Positions 26,201 through 38,000 of a DNA stretch of 64,000 nt are shown piece after piece; position 1 is the first letter of the stretch, and every line of letters begins with the position of its first letter. Source of the DNA: Geosiphon pyriformis uo1 (lineage: Eukaryota; Fungi; Glomeromycota); the NCBI GenBank assembly GCA_016748015.1, contig JAAOMT010000566.1:186001-250000 (forward strand), in the 5' to 3' direction. The position numbers were made by a program, and so were the translations under genes. The notes below the pieces were generated by a model that had not been told where the DNA came from, did not search any database, and saw only the letters and a list, made by a program, of their open reading frames with translations.

Positions 26201-27150
26201 TCCTCTTCTGGGGAGATACAGACTCTCATAGATGAAAGCTTTTTTTTGCAATCTTTGCATTTTAGTGGAATGTATGATAGTTTTTTTTGTGGTTTTGGTG
26301 TGGAATATCTAACTTTTTTCCATCCCCTTGATTCTTCAAAAATCTCTTGTTCTGTTTGCTCAGCCCAATTGGATGGTGATCCAAGAGTCATGTAGGTTTC
26401 AGTGAGTGGCATTTCCTTTTCTTCTTCAAATTCAAATACTGGAGCTTTTTCTGATCATTTGTTAAAGGTACTACAAATTGCAGGTACTATGGTATATTGT
26501 TCTTGGTATGAGATTTTAAGTTCTTGAGTTTCCCAGTTCAGGTTTGCATTAGTCTTGAGAAGCCAATCATTTCTGATTAGAGCTTGATATTGGTGCATCC
26601 ATAATAAGAACTTTAACTGGAATGGTAATTCCATCAATTGTAAAGGGGAAATCATCAATTTCTCCTACTGGAGTCTTCTTCATACCATCAACTGTGACAA
26701 TAACTGTTTGAGCTGGTCAGTCTACGTTTCATTTGAGTTGTTGCATCAGCTGGTAAGTGATGATACTTCCAGCTAATCTACTATCTAAGATTAAGTGAAT
26801 GGGTTTTCCTTTTACTGTAGCTTCTGTGTACATAGCAGTAATTGCTTTCTGTTCATTGACTGCTGCATTACTAAGCAAAAATGGTGATTCATTTGCTTCA
26901 AATTCAAATGGAAATATATCTGACAGATTGGCATTTTGGACAATTTGAGTTGGTGGAATGGTGTGGTTGGAAGGGTTTGATCTTAGTGCTGCAACTTCAC
27001 CTTCAAAAAGTGCAGTTTGTTGAAAATCTGATTCCTCTGGTATTGTAAGATAACTGGATTGAGTGTGATAGTGATTGGGTCTTTGCTGACCAGAATTTTG
27101 GGGAACCAACTGGTTATTTGAATTGATTCTGTTGTGGTTACTCTGCAATT
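23263..27150 (-). pseudogene. pol: Gypsy A pol: aspartic protease, Cys-rich domain, dUTPase, RT, RNase H
   Basis: LILDS (PR), AGYDL/RSS/GVIDAGY/IAQAI/FGSTG (dUTPase), SPWASPVVLV, RFCVDYR, LDLKSGYWQ, ATDAS (RH). Confidence 0.93.
25110..25540 (-). CDS. dut: dUTPase domain inside Gypsy A pol
   Basis: All five trimeric dUTPase motifs in order: DAGYDL, RSSLA, GVIDAGY, IAQAI, QDFGSTG (one stop before motif V). Confidence 0.92.
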
Positions 27151-28916
27151 AATTTTGGGGTGTGAATTGGTTATATTGAACCAATCTTCTTGCTGGTACT
27201 TGATATTGTTGAGTGGGTAGTGTCTGATATAGCTGAATTGGTAAAGGTTGCTGATATTGTTGCTGTATTGGTTGTAGAGCTAGTGGATAGTAACTGTTTT
27301 AATTTTGTGGTCTTGGTGAATAATAGGTTGGTAGTGGAGATTGGTAATAGGATTGTTGTGGTAAAGAATAACATTGATTACTCCTGTTTTGTTGGTCTCT
27401 TTGTAATTTCCTACAATCTCGTTTCCAGTGTCCTGGAATTCCACAATAATGACAATTTTGAGATTGGTTGTTGGATGGTGATCCAAAATTGTTTTGGTTG
27501 CATCATTGTAGGGGTTGATATCTTTGTGGTTGTTGTTGCTGTTGTTGTTGATTTGTGAAGTAGCTTTCAACTTTTTTTGTGAGTTGGTCTATTTTCTTTT
27601 CAGCTGCTGAGCTGGTTTCTCCAATTGCAAAGTTTACAAGCTTGGTGTGATTTGCTTCTTCCATTGCCATTTTATAGTTCTTTACATGTCTAATAGCAGT
27701 TGCTAAGTCTGCTGGAGCATGTGGACGGGCTTTCTTAATTAGTTTGTCTTTTAATCCTGCTATAAACTAATTCAGAATTTGAGCATCAGAATAGTAGTCA
27801 TTGGTTTCCAATTGTCGGATTCGTCTAAGAAGTTTGTTAAATCTTCCAAGATAGGTTATAACAGTTTCAGATGTTTCTTGTTTGATATTGCAAAAGTGGT
27901 TTCGGAGAGTGATAGAGATATTGTTGTAGAAAAACATCTTTGAATGCTTGCCAGTTTTCAAATGGTTCTTCTAAATTTTCAAATCATTCTTCTGCTGTTC
28001 TTTGGAGAAAGTAGGGAATTGCTTTGAGCATTCTTGCTGCAATCCAACTATTTGCATCTTCTGCTTTTTGAACTTTGTTAAGCCATTCTTAAGGACTGGT
28101 ATCATTGTTTTTACCAGTGAATTCTGGGATTTTTGCAATGTAAGCAGTTGCTATTTCTTCTTCATTTTCTGTAATTTCTTCTGGTTCTGATTCAGTTTCT
28201 TCACTTTTCAAGCTTTCTGAATGATTACTTTCATTTTCTTGTAAGTAATCAATGATATTGGCACTTGTTGATATTGGTTCCTGCTGTTGAGTAGGGTTTC
28301 TAGGTGACTGAAAATCTTCTGGTTTGGAGAAACAGTTGAGTGGTGAATTTAGTGTTTGTGGTTGAACAAGTAAAATTAGAAATGGTGTAATAGAAAGTGG
28401 TAATTTGACACTAGTTCCTTGTTTAGGTGTTTACAAGTGTTTGGCAGGTGTCTTTTGTAGTGTTGGAGTGTTTGGAGTGGTTCTTGAGTATTGCTTCAAT
28501 CTTTGTTTGCCTTTGTTGCTTGTTTCTGTTTCTAATTCAAAGTCAAAAGAGTATTTAGACCGTACTGGGTATTTTTCTTCACAATACTCAATAATGTTAA
28601 AATTAAGTTCTTGGAAGTAAGTAGCAAGTGTTTTACTGTTCAGGTCTTCTGTTCCCAATTGTAAATAATGCACTAAATTATTGTAGAGGTTGCTTCTAAC
28701 TTCTGAAATGTTGTAGTTGCCAAAAAGATAATTGTTGATGCGGTTTTCAATGTATTGGTATACTGATTTCTTGACAACTTCAATTCCGTCTGGAATGTTG
28801 AATCTTTGCTTGTAGTAGATGTAAATTGACTGGTAATACTCTAAAGTTGCTGTGTTTAGTGTGGTTACCACTTTGAATTTTGTTGTTGCTGTGTTATTTC
28901 TGTGGGAAAGCACCAA
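27150..28916 (-). pseudogene. gag: Gypsy A gag with N-terminal extension, capsid domain and CCHC knuckle
   Basis: IAKIPEFTG..EWL capsid start ~28150; CHYCGIPGHWKRDC ~27420-27455; Q/N-rich tail. Confidence 0.88.
28900..28915 (-). promoter_or_regulatory. Primer binding site TGGTGCTTTCC (tRNA ending ...AGCACCA; Thr/Ile/elongator-Met candidates)
   Basis: TGG begins 2 nt after the 5' LTR; the same TGGTGCT occurs in B (40665-40680) and C (51003-51016). Confidence 0.8.
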
Positions 28917-28917
28917 A

Positions 28918-29932
28918 TGTTACTAGAGGTTTTTGGTCTCTTTTTTTAAATGTTGGTAATGTTGATTTGCTGTGAATTCCTATTCTCAGGAAGTTGTTGA
29001 ACCTCCAGTAACTGAATTTATCTTCAAATTATCTCCTATAATTTGAACTGCTAGACTTATAAGTGGAATGGCCAATTCCTTGCCAGTTATTTTATGTAGT
29101 TATATTGTAGTAAATATCAACTTTTTTCCAAAAATTGCTTGTCTGGAAGCTCACTAAAAATGTGTAGTTACTTTGCTGTAAAAGTCAACTCTTCTACAAG
29201 AATCTCATCTGTAGGCTACCCTAATGATTGTAATAAGAAAAAAAAATAAAAATAAAAAAAATGTAAAAAAATTAGGATTTTATCAAGGGAAACGTTTTCT
29301 ATCCAGGCCTGAAGTCACTAACAGTTTACTGAAATTGGTAGCTAATCAATTTCAAAACGTTAGTTGGGTTTTGAGGATTTTCCAAGTGCAATAATTAAAG
29401 AATTTTGGTTTTTTTTTTGAATTATTTGATATTTATTTCTTTTTGTATATAGAAATGGTTCTAAGTAATAAATCTAAAGTAAGATACATTTTCTTAAAGA
29501 GAAAAGCTCTTTTTTTATACAACTTGTTATAGTACTAGTCTATGAATTTGCACTTTTTCTCTTTGCTCAAATTTCGGCAAATTAAAGATACATTTTGATA
29601 AACTACAAGTTATTTCACTGAACTATTGATTAATTTGGGTGAACTATTCATAATTTCGGCGAATTTCTGTAAATTTCGGCAAATTCCTTATAAATTTCGG
29701 CGAATTTCTGTAAATTTTGGTGAATTTTTGAATATTACAAAGTTCAGAGTATTGTGTAATTTGATTATCCTACTTTCTGTTATACTAATTAGATTATTTT
29801 GATTGAATTGTGATATGTGATAATTGATTAAATAATAAATGATAATTTGAAATAATATTAATATACTAATTAATTATAAGAATTATAAGAGTAATTTCAT
29901 GCTAATTAATAGCTAAAATTCTACTGGTAACA
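28918..29932 (-). repeat. 5' LTR of Gypsy A
   Basis: Direct repeat of 20014-20986; ~40 bp longer because of two extra ~20-bp TTTCGGCGAA units; TATAAAA box ~29510-29519 on the minus strand. Confidence 0.95.
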
Positions 29933-32184
29933 CTGCCTAAATGCTAAAAAAAATTGTTTAGATACTGTTTACTCTCGCGATGTGTCCTACAAAAAACCAA
30001 AGAAGCATATAGTTAGTGTTGTGGTCAATTCATCTATAGGCCCTCTGAGCCTGGAAGATATTGGTAGTAATGGCATCAAGCCTGCAGTGTTTTGGGGCAG
30101 TGAAGTTGACAGCATTGCCAGCAATATAAGCAATTTATCAGATGTTGAAAATATGATGAACATGGTGGCCAAAGAGATCAGCTATGCAGAATTAGGTAAG
30201 AACGATGATATGAATGAAGTTACACTAAGGAAAACTTGCATTTGAATGTACATGCTAGGAAATCTATTAAAGCAACCTTCTTTCAGCTGTATAAGCAATG
30301 ACAATAATAAGCTAGTAATTCCTTCTTGGATAATTTTGGGATCTAATGAGCCACTGCTGATTGTGTCACATACTGCAGATAAATAGAGCTTCAATTCGTC
30401 AAAATTCTTTGCACTTGATATTAATCTTTCAGCTGTACCTGGTAGGACTATTAGTGATAAGTTGATCTGTATGAAAAAAAAATTTTATCAAGTGGATGGC
30501 TTTGGAAGAGCTTCTACTCCTTCAAGATTCCCAGGGATTATCAGATCCTCATTTACTTCTGAATCTAGCATGAATAAGATGAAAGAATTGGTTATCCATA
30601 AAAAAATTGTGGTAAATAATGATCTTAAAAGAGTTAGCAGCCATTCAGATAAGAAAATTGTTGTCAAAGAGATTCTGGTCAATCTTCCTAAATTGGCTGT
30701 AGAATCTGTTTTTTCTAAGTTTGGAAAAATTGTATCAATCAAGATGCAATTGATTGGTCTGTGGCAAAAAGCTTTAGTGGAGTTTGAATTATCTGAAATA
30801 GCTGATTTGGTCGCAGTTAAATGGTCTGTCTTCATAGAAAAAAATTTTGTTTGTGTGGCAAAAGCTGTTGATGATAAACAATCATAGATTTCCAGAGATG
30901 TGTATTGGGCATTGCTTTATACTTTTCCAATTGGTATTACAGCTCATGATTTTTCTGATTTGTTGAAATTATATGGTAAAAAGACTTGTTTCATTGGCCG
31001 TAATCTCAATTTATATGTGCATGATAGATGTGTGATTGTGTGTTTTGTTAATGAGGCATTTAAATTGGCTGCTATTGGTTCTACTTCAGTATTTAAGAGT
31101 GTAAATTTGCACTGGACTAGTCTTTCTTTGGCCTGTTGTGCTCATTGTAAACAGTTTGGTCATATTTCTACAGGGTGTTCATTAGGTGAGAATTCTGGTG
31201 TTTGTGGTAAGTAGATGATAACTTCTCAAGATCAGATCCATTTGGCCAACATATATAAGAGGAAGCAGGTGCCAATCATTTGCCCAGTTTTTTTTGGTAG
31301 AAAAACTTGGGCCCAGATTGCTGGTGGTTTTTCCCCTCATGTGAGTTTGTTGAATCTTTTTGGTACTGATTCATCTTTAGGTGCAAAACCTGTTTCATTG
31401 GTTTCTGACTCTCTTGGTGATTTTTGTTTGGTTGATCAATTAGCCTCTCTGAAATGCTCTTTAGGGCTCTTAACAAATCAGGTTTCAATTATTATGAAAA
31501 AATTGAGCTTTGTGGAATTGGTGCCTCTGGTATCTAAACCTTATGTCCCTCTTTTGGTTGTCTTTGCACCTGTTATGTCTAATTTGGATTTAGAAATGGC
31601 CATGAATGATACTCTGCTGTCTCCTCTTTCCTCTCTTTCAGTTGTTGTTGCAGACTCAGTTACTAACTTTAATTCAAGTAGTTCTAAAGTTCTGACCACC
31701 AAAATAGGTGGTTTAGAATCCAAAATAGTGGCTTTAGAGGTGTCAGTTGAATCTGTTTTGAAAAGATTGGATTGTTTATGCTCTGGTTTGAGTTCATCAA
31801 CTTCTCTTACTTTCTAATGAGTGACTTTGTGTGGAAATTTGCAACATGTAATGTTTGAGGTATTAATGTTCCTGCCAAGCAGAAGGACATTATCCATTGG
31901 CATAGAGATTCTGGAAATTTGGTTTCGATAATTACAGAGACAAAGCTGAGATCTAGCAACAGGTTTTGGATTAGGGATAAGTTTGATGAAGTCAGGGTCT
32001 TTTCATCTGGGTTGGACAAGAGTTTTCTTGGTGCTGGTGTCACAATCATTATGAACACTTCTCTAACTCATCATGTTTGTAAGGTTTCTGAGATGCCTGA
32101 TCAGCTCCTTTTAGTCAAGCTATTATTCAAAAATAAACTTTCTGTGTCAATTTTGGGACTTTATACTGAGGTGTTCCTGGCTGT

Positions 32185-33164
32185 TGTTACCGGAGGTTTT
32201 TGGTCTCTTTTCTGTAATGTTGTTGATACTTATTTGCTGTGAATTCACGTTTTCTGGATGTGGTTGAACCTCCAATAACTGAATTTATCTTCAAATTATC
32301 TCCTATAATTTGAACTGCTGGGCTTATAAGTGGAATGGCCAATTCCTTGCCAGTTACTTTATGTAGTTGCATTGTAGTAAACGTCAACTCTTTCTCAGGA
32401 ATTGCTCATCTGGAAGCTTATTAAAAATGTATAGTTACTTTGCTGTGAAAGTCAACTCTTCTATAGGAATCTCGTCTGTAGGCTACTTTAATGATTGTAA
32501 TAAGAAAAGAAAAGGAAAATAAAAGAAATATAAAAGAAATAGAATTTTGTTAAGAGAAACGTTTTCTATCCAGGCCTAGAGTCACTAACAGTTTACTGAA
32601 ATTGGTAGCTAATCAATTTCAAAATGTTAGTTGGTTTTTGGGGATTTTCTAAGGGCAATAATTAAAGAATTTGGTTTTTTAAATTATTTGGTATTTATTT
32701 CTTTTCATGTGTGTAGAAATGGTCCTAAGTGATAAATCTAAAGTAAAATACATTTTCTCGAAAAGAGAAGCTCTTCTTTTATACAACTTGTTGTAACACT
32801 ATTCTATGAACTTGAACTTTACTATTTTCTACAATTTCGCTGAACTAAAGATACATTTTGGCAAACTACAAGTTATTTCTGCAAACTATTAGATATTTCG
32901 GTGAACTATCAATTATTTTAGCAAATTTCTATAAATTTTGGCGAACTTTTGAATGTTACATAGTTTGGGGTATTGCATGATTAATCATTGCAATTAGGTT
33001 ATATTTGTGTTGTATACAATTTGGGTTATTAATTAAATGATAATTTCGGACATTTTTTGCTAATGTAATAAGTGATAATTTGAAACAATAATATATGCTA
33101 ATTAATGATAGGAATTATGAGATAGTTTCATGCTAAATCATATCTCTAATTTTGTTTGGTAACA
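32185..33164 (-). repeat. 3' LTR of Gypsy B
   Basis: TGTTACC...GGTAACA; direct repeat of 40683-41642. Confidence 0.95.
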
Positions 33165-33576
33165 TAATCTCCTTCTCAAGACTGAGCTCCATCGAAGTCC
33201 AAGTACTGTCTGTTATTTCCAGATAATAATCCAAAATTATTGAAGAAATTTGGTCTGAAAATTGTTGAAATTTAAGTTTTGTGAGCTTTCCAATGTATTG
33301 AATCTTCAAAGGTTGAAAAATTGGGTTTTGTAGTATGTTTTCACAGATGTGGAATAGGTCATAAAGTCTAAGAGCAGCTCTAAGCCTGTAGTAACTGTTT
33401 GTTGATCCAGCTGTTGTCTTGAATTTGTTGTGGAGTTGTTTCTGAATAGCTTCTTTTGTGAGGTTTGCTGTTGTAAGTTCCAGTTTCCATTTGTAGAGTG
33501 TTTTTCCAATGTGAAAATATCTATAGATTGGAGGATATTCAGTGTTTTCCTCATTGAGACACAGTTGAAGTTTTTG
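33133..33576 (-). CDS. Gypsy B ORF3 C-terminal 147 codons (5' part lost in N gap)
   Basis: Manual translation QKLQLCLNEENTEYPPIYRYFHIGKTLYKWKLEL...RAALRLYDLF...YIGKL...WTSMELSLEKEIMLPNKIRDMI*; no stops; absent from the ORF track because it lacks a start codon. Confidence 0.85.
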   Translation of the reverse strand, partial: QKLQLCLNEENTEYPPIYRYFHIGKTLYKWKLELTTANLTKEAIQKQLHNKFKTTAGSTNSYYRLRAALRLYDLFHICENILQNPIFQPLKIQYIGKLTKLKFQQFSDQISSIILDYYLEITDSTWTSMELSLEKEIMLPNKIRDMI

Positions 33577-33577
33577 T

Positions 33578-33597
33578 NNNNNNNNNNNNNNNNNNNN
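33578..33597. other. Assembly gap (20 N); by comparison with A about 0.4 kb is missing
   Basis: N run; flanks correspond to A ~21400 and ~21815. Confidence 0.9.
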
Positions 33598-33599
33598 TA

Positions 33600-34987
33600 A
33601 ATTAAGTATTCAGATTGAAAGGTTGTTCAATGACAACTATTGGCTCTAAGTTTCAGGAAATATCTTTGGGACTGACCAAAGGGGAATGTGTACCAATTTG
33701 TGGAATTAATGGTTCAGGATTGTTTCTGGAATGATAGTGTTTCAAACAATCTCCATGTGCAACTTTTGCTAAGATTTTGTCATCAAGTCTTAGCTTGTAT
33801 AATCCATTGCCTAGGACTTCATAGATAAAGAATGATCCATCCCATTTATTTTCAAATTTTCCACTCCATTGTTTTTCAGCTTTAGTTCTGTGTAAGAGAA
33901 CTTTGTTTCCAATTTTGAATTTATTGGTGACTGAAGGCAATTTGTTATCATGCCGTTCTTTTTGTTGAGCTTGGAAGTGTTCAATATGGGTGGCTGCTAT
34001 TTGTCGTTTTCCTTCCAATATGCTAAGTAAAGTGTAGGCTCTTCGCTAAAGCAATTCTTAGAAATTGTTTTCATCGATCAGTTGTGCTGGATATGTTTCC
34101 ACTGTGAAACTAATTGGTAACATTGCTGTCCTTCCATAAGTTAAATCAAATGGTGTGTATTTCGTGGTATCTTGTTTTAATGTCCTATATGCTAGTAACA
34201 CTGATGGAATAAAGAGATCCCATTCTTGCTCAAAATCGGTTGAGACTTTGGCTAATGACTCACACAATGTTCTGTTAAAACGTTCCACAAGTCTGTTTGT
34301 TTGTGGATGGTAGGACAAAGACAGAGGTCTTTTGACATTGAATTGTTCACAAATTTCTTGTATCAGGTTGTTCACAAAGTGTGTTCCCTGATCGGATAAA
34401 AATTTAATTAGATATCCATGTCTACAAATAATGTCTTCATAGATAAAATTTACTACTGATTTTGCATCTGCTCATTGAATGGCTCTGGCTTCAGGCCATT
34501 TAGTAAGATAGTCTACAGCTACTGCAATATAACAGTTTCCTTAAGTGGTGATAGATAGTGGTCTGACTAAATCGATACCAACTCTGTCAAAAGGCTGTCC
34601 AACTTTAATTGGATTTAAAGGTTCTATAGGGCGAGTTCCTCCTCTTCTTTGACAACTATCACAAGATTTGACATATTTGTGAATGTCTTTTCTCATTCGA
34701 GGCCAAAAGTAGTATTCTAGTGTTCTTTGGGTGGTGCTATCTTTTCCGAAGTGTGCTGATGAAGGATCTGAGTGCATATTGTATAAAATGGTCTTTTTTT
34801 CCTGTTTTTGTATTAATCTGAGTGGTTTGGTTGGGTTTTTGAAATTTCGATGATAGATAATGTTGTTGTGTAGAAAATATTGTTTGGCTTGTTGTTGTAA
34901 CCAATGTTTTTCATCTGGGGACCAATCTGTTGGGATTGTTAATGTCTCCAAATATTGTTTGAGATTGTTGTAGTTTTCGGGGTTCAT
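33600..34987 (-). pseudogene. Gypsy B integrase, separate ORF in a different frame from pol
   Basis: ORFs 34541-34987, 34058-34375 and 33653-34018; HHCC, DDE core, degenerate GPY/F. Confidence 0.92.
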
Positions 34988-35036
34988 TGTTTGTTGTTTT
35001 GATGCTGTTAATTCAAATGGATGTTGGTTTTGTTTT

Positions 35037-38000
35037 CTAATCTTGCCTCATTCTTGAGAGACAATTAATGTTGGTGTGGAGTTTTCCTGGTTTGTGGTGT
35101 ATGATGTATTGGTAATTAGCTAAAAATCCTGTTCATCGGGTTTGTTTTGTGTTCAGCTGGGTGTTTTTGTTTTGAAGCCATTTAAGTCCAATATTATCAG
35201 TGATAATATCAAATTCTTTGGGTCTGAGGTAAAAGTTGAAGTGATGTAGGGCCCAGATTACTACTGTGGTTTCTAATTCTGTTGCAGGGTAGTTCTTTTC
35301 GGCTGGCTTTAATGTTCTACTAGCATAAGCAATTACTCACTCATTTTCATTGTCATCTAACTGTGATAGGATGGCACCAAAGGCAGTATAAGAGGCATCA
35401 GTTGCTAACTGGAATTGGTTGCTGAAATCTGGGTAGGTAAGAATTGGAGCTGTTGTGAGTTTTTCCTTAAGTATCTCGAAAGCATTTTGGTGTTCTTCTG
35501 TCCATTTGTATTCGACATTTTTAGTAGTGAGCTGGTTGAGGGGTTTTGCAATTTCTGAGAATTCTTTGATGAATTTTTGGTAATAGGATGCTAATCCAAT
35601 AAATCCTCTTAATTCTGTGGTATTTCGTGAAGTCTTAAAGTTCTTGACAGTACTGATTTTTCCAGGGTCTGGTTTAATTTCATCTTTGCTAACAATGTGA
35701 CCAAGAAAAGCTAAACTTGTTTTTCCAAAGTAGCATTTTTCAATGTTTAGTTTCAATTCTGCTTTCCGTAATCATTGAAAAACTTCTCACAGGTGAATTA
35801 AATGTAGCTCAAAAGATGGTGAATAAACATTAGTGTCATCAAGATAAACTACTACTGATTTCCAAAGGAGGCCTTTGTAAACAACATCCATGAGTCTTTG
35901 GAATGTTGCTGGTATATTGCATAATCCAAAAGGCATTACATTGAACTTGTAATTTCCTCCTTGAGTGGTGAATGCTGTTTTGGGGCAGTCTTTGGGATCC
36001 ATAGCAACTTGCCAGTATTCATTCTCTAAATCTAATGTTGAAAAGTATTTGGACTTTCCAAGGGCATCCAACATGTCATCAATTCGGGGAAGAGGGTAGG
36101 CATCCCTAATGGTGACACTGTTGAGTTGTCGGTAATCAACACAAAATCGTATCTTTCCATTTTTCTTTTTAACTAGGACTACAGGTGAGGCCCATGGGCT
36201 CATTAATGGTTGAATAAGCCCATTGTTAAGCATCCATTGTACTTCTTCTCGGATAAATTGGTGACTTTCTGGGGCAACTCGGTAGGCTTGTTGTCGCCTT
36301 GGTTTGGCATCTCCTGTATAGATTTGGTGTTGAACCAAATCAGTTCTTCCTAAGTCATTGTTGTTTTTGGTAAAGATGTCAGCAAATTCTGCAATTAGCT
36401 CTTTGAGCTGGGTCTGTTGTTGTGGTTCAAGTTGTTCCATGTTGATTTGAGATAGTTTTTCCATGACAACATGGTAGTTTTCGGAGCTGGAGTTTGGGTT
36501 GGTTTTTGGTATTGAATGTCCAATAATTTCAGAGAAATCGGGGACTGTTTGGGGTAATTCTTGTTGAAATATATTACTATAAATAACTCCAATTTCTAAA
36601 TTATTTAATAAAATTATGGGGTAATTATTGGGGTTGTAAAAAGTAACTCGGACTTTTTTTGTTTCTTCTGGAATATAAATGTTTGGAATCGAAATATTAT
36701 GTTCCAAGCAGACTTGTTCATTGGACTCAAAAATTTGTTGTGTGGTTGTTGGCTTTGTGCAAGTGTAGATTTCCGGATGTTCTCCAAAGGGTGAGATGGT
36801 AATCGGTTGTGGAAGTCTGAAAATCTGGTGAGATTTGTTCTGTGTGTTAAGAGCTATATTAACTGGAACTGTGAATCGTCCAGTTGAACCAAAATCTTGG
36901 GTTCTTCTATCGCTTTTTCCTAATTGTTCTCTTTGATTGACTAGTTGTAAACCCGAAATGTTGATTAAGGGTAGGTAAATAGCTTGGGCAATTTTTTCAG
37001 CATGTTCGATCTTGAATAGTTTGTCAGTTTTATTTTGAAGCATCACTGTTATGTCTCCAGTATATCCAGCATTGATTATTCCTTCTCTGACATTGATTCC
37101 TTTGCTTGCCAGAGAGGACCGGAAGGCGATTTGAACCATTGCTCCTGGCGGGATTTTGAGTGCAATTTTGAGGTTGATTTTTGTGAGAGATTTGGGTTTG
37201 AGAACAAGAGTATCCTTGCCTGGATATCTTAAGTCATATCCAGCATCAATTTCGTGTGCTTTTTCAGGTTTTATTCCTTGTCTGTTGTTGTTGAAGTATT
37301 TAAGTTGTAAGGCAGGCTGATTTTTGATAAGATAGATGGGTGTTGTTTCAATTTCTTCTGTTTCTTCAGGTTCTCCGAATTCAATTTCATTCTCATCATT
37401 TTTGCTGGACAAGGAGATACTAAGAGCATAGCATTCAAGACACCATTGTTCATTGCAAGGCATAATGCATTCTTCACATAGCCTAATGTTCATTTGCTCT
37501 AATCATTGAATTTGAGCTTCTTGGGTCGGGTAGGTGTGACTTGCAATTTGGTGGTAGACTTCTACTTCATTTTCATAATTGAATCCAGCTAATTCCATAG
37601 TGTATTCAATGTATTCTGCTTCCTTCATTTGACGAACATCTTCTTTGGTAGCTCTATTAATTAATGCTATTGCTAAGTCAAAAATCATCTTGGCATCATG
37701 AGGGTAGTGATAAAGTTTGTTGAGAGCACTATTGTATGCTGCATTAAAGGGTGTTCCTCTTTTTACTTTTTCTGAAATTGATAAAGCATATTGGCAAGTC
37801 TAATTGCAGATGCCTTCTCTCATTGCTACATCAATCTAATTGCATTCTTCTGGTAGCATATCTCCACAAGTCAAACAAGGGGTGTTGTCTCATTTTCCAC
37901 TCCTTTTTATTAGATGGTCCCATCACTCTCTGTGGCAAGCCTTGCAGTAATAACAAGTATGATTCTCATATTCTTCTTCAGGTGAAATGCAGGCTCTCAT

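Larger units (their letters stand above)
20014..29932 (-). mobile_element. Ty3/Gypsy LTR retrotransposon A (9.9 kb), full length, dUTPase-bearing
   Basis: Paired LTRs with TGTTA..TAACA ends, TSD CTGC (20010-20013/29933-29936), PBS, PPT, gag-PR-RT-RH-IN order. Confidence 0.96.
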
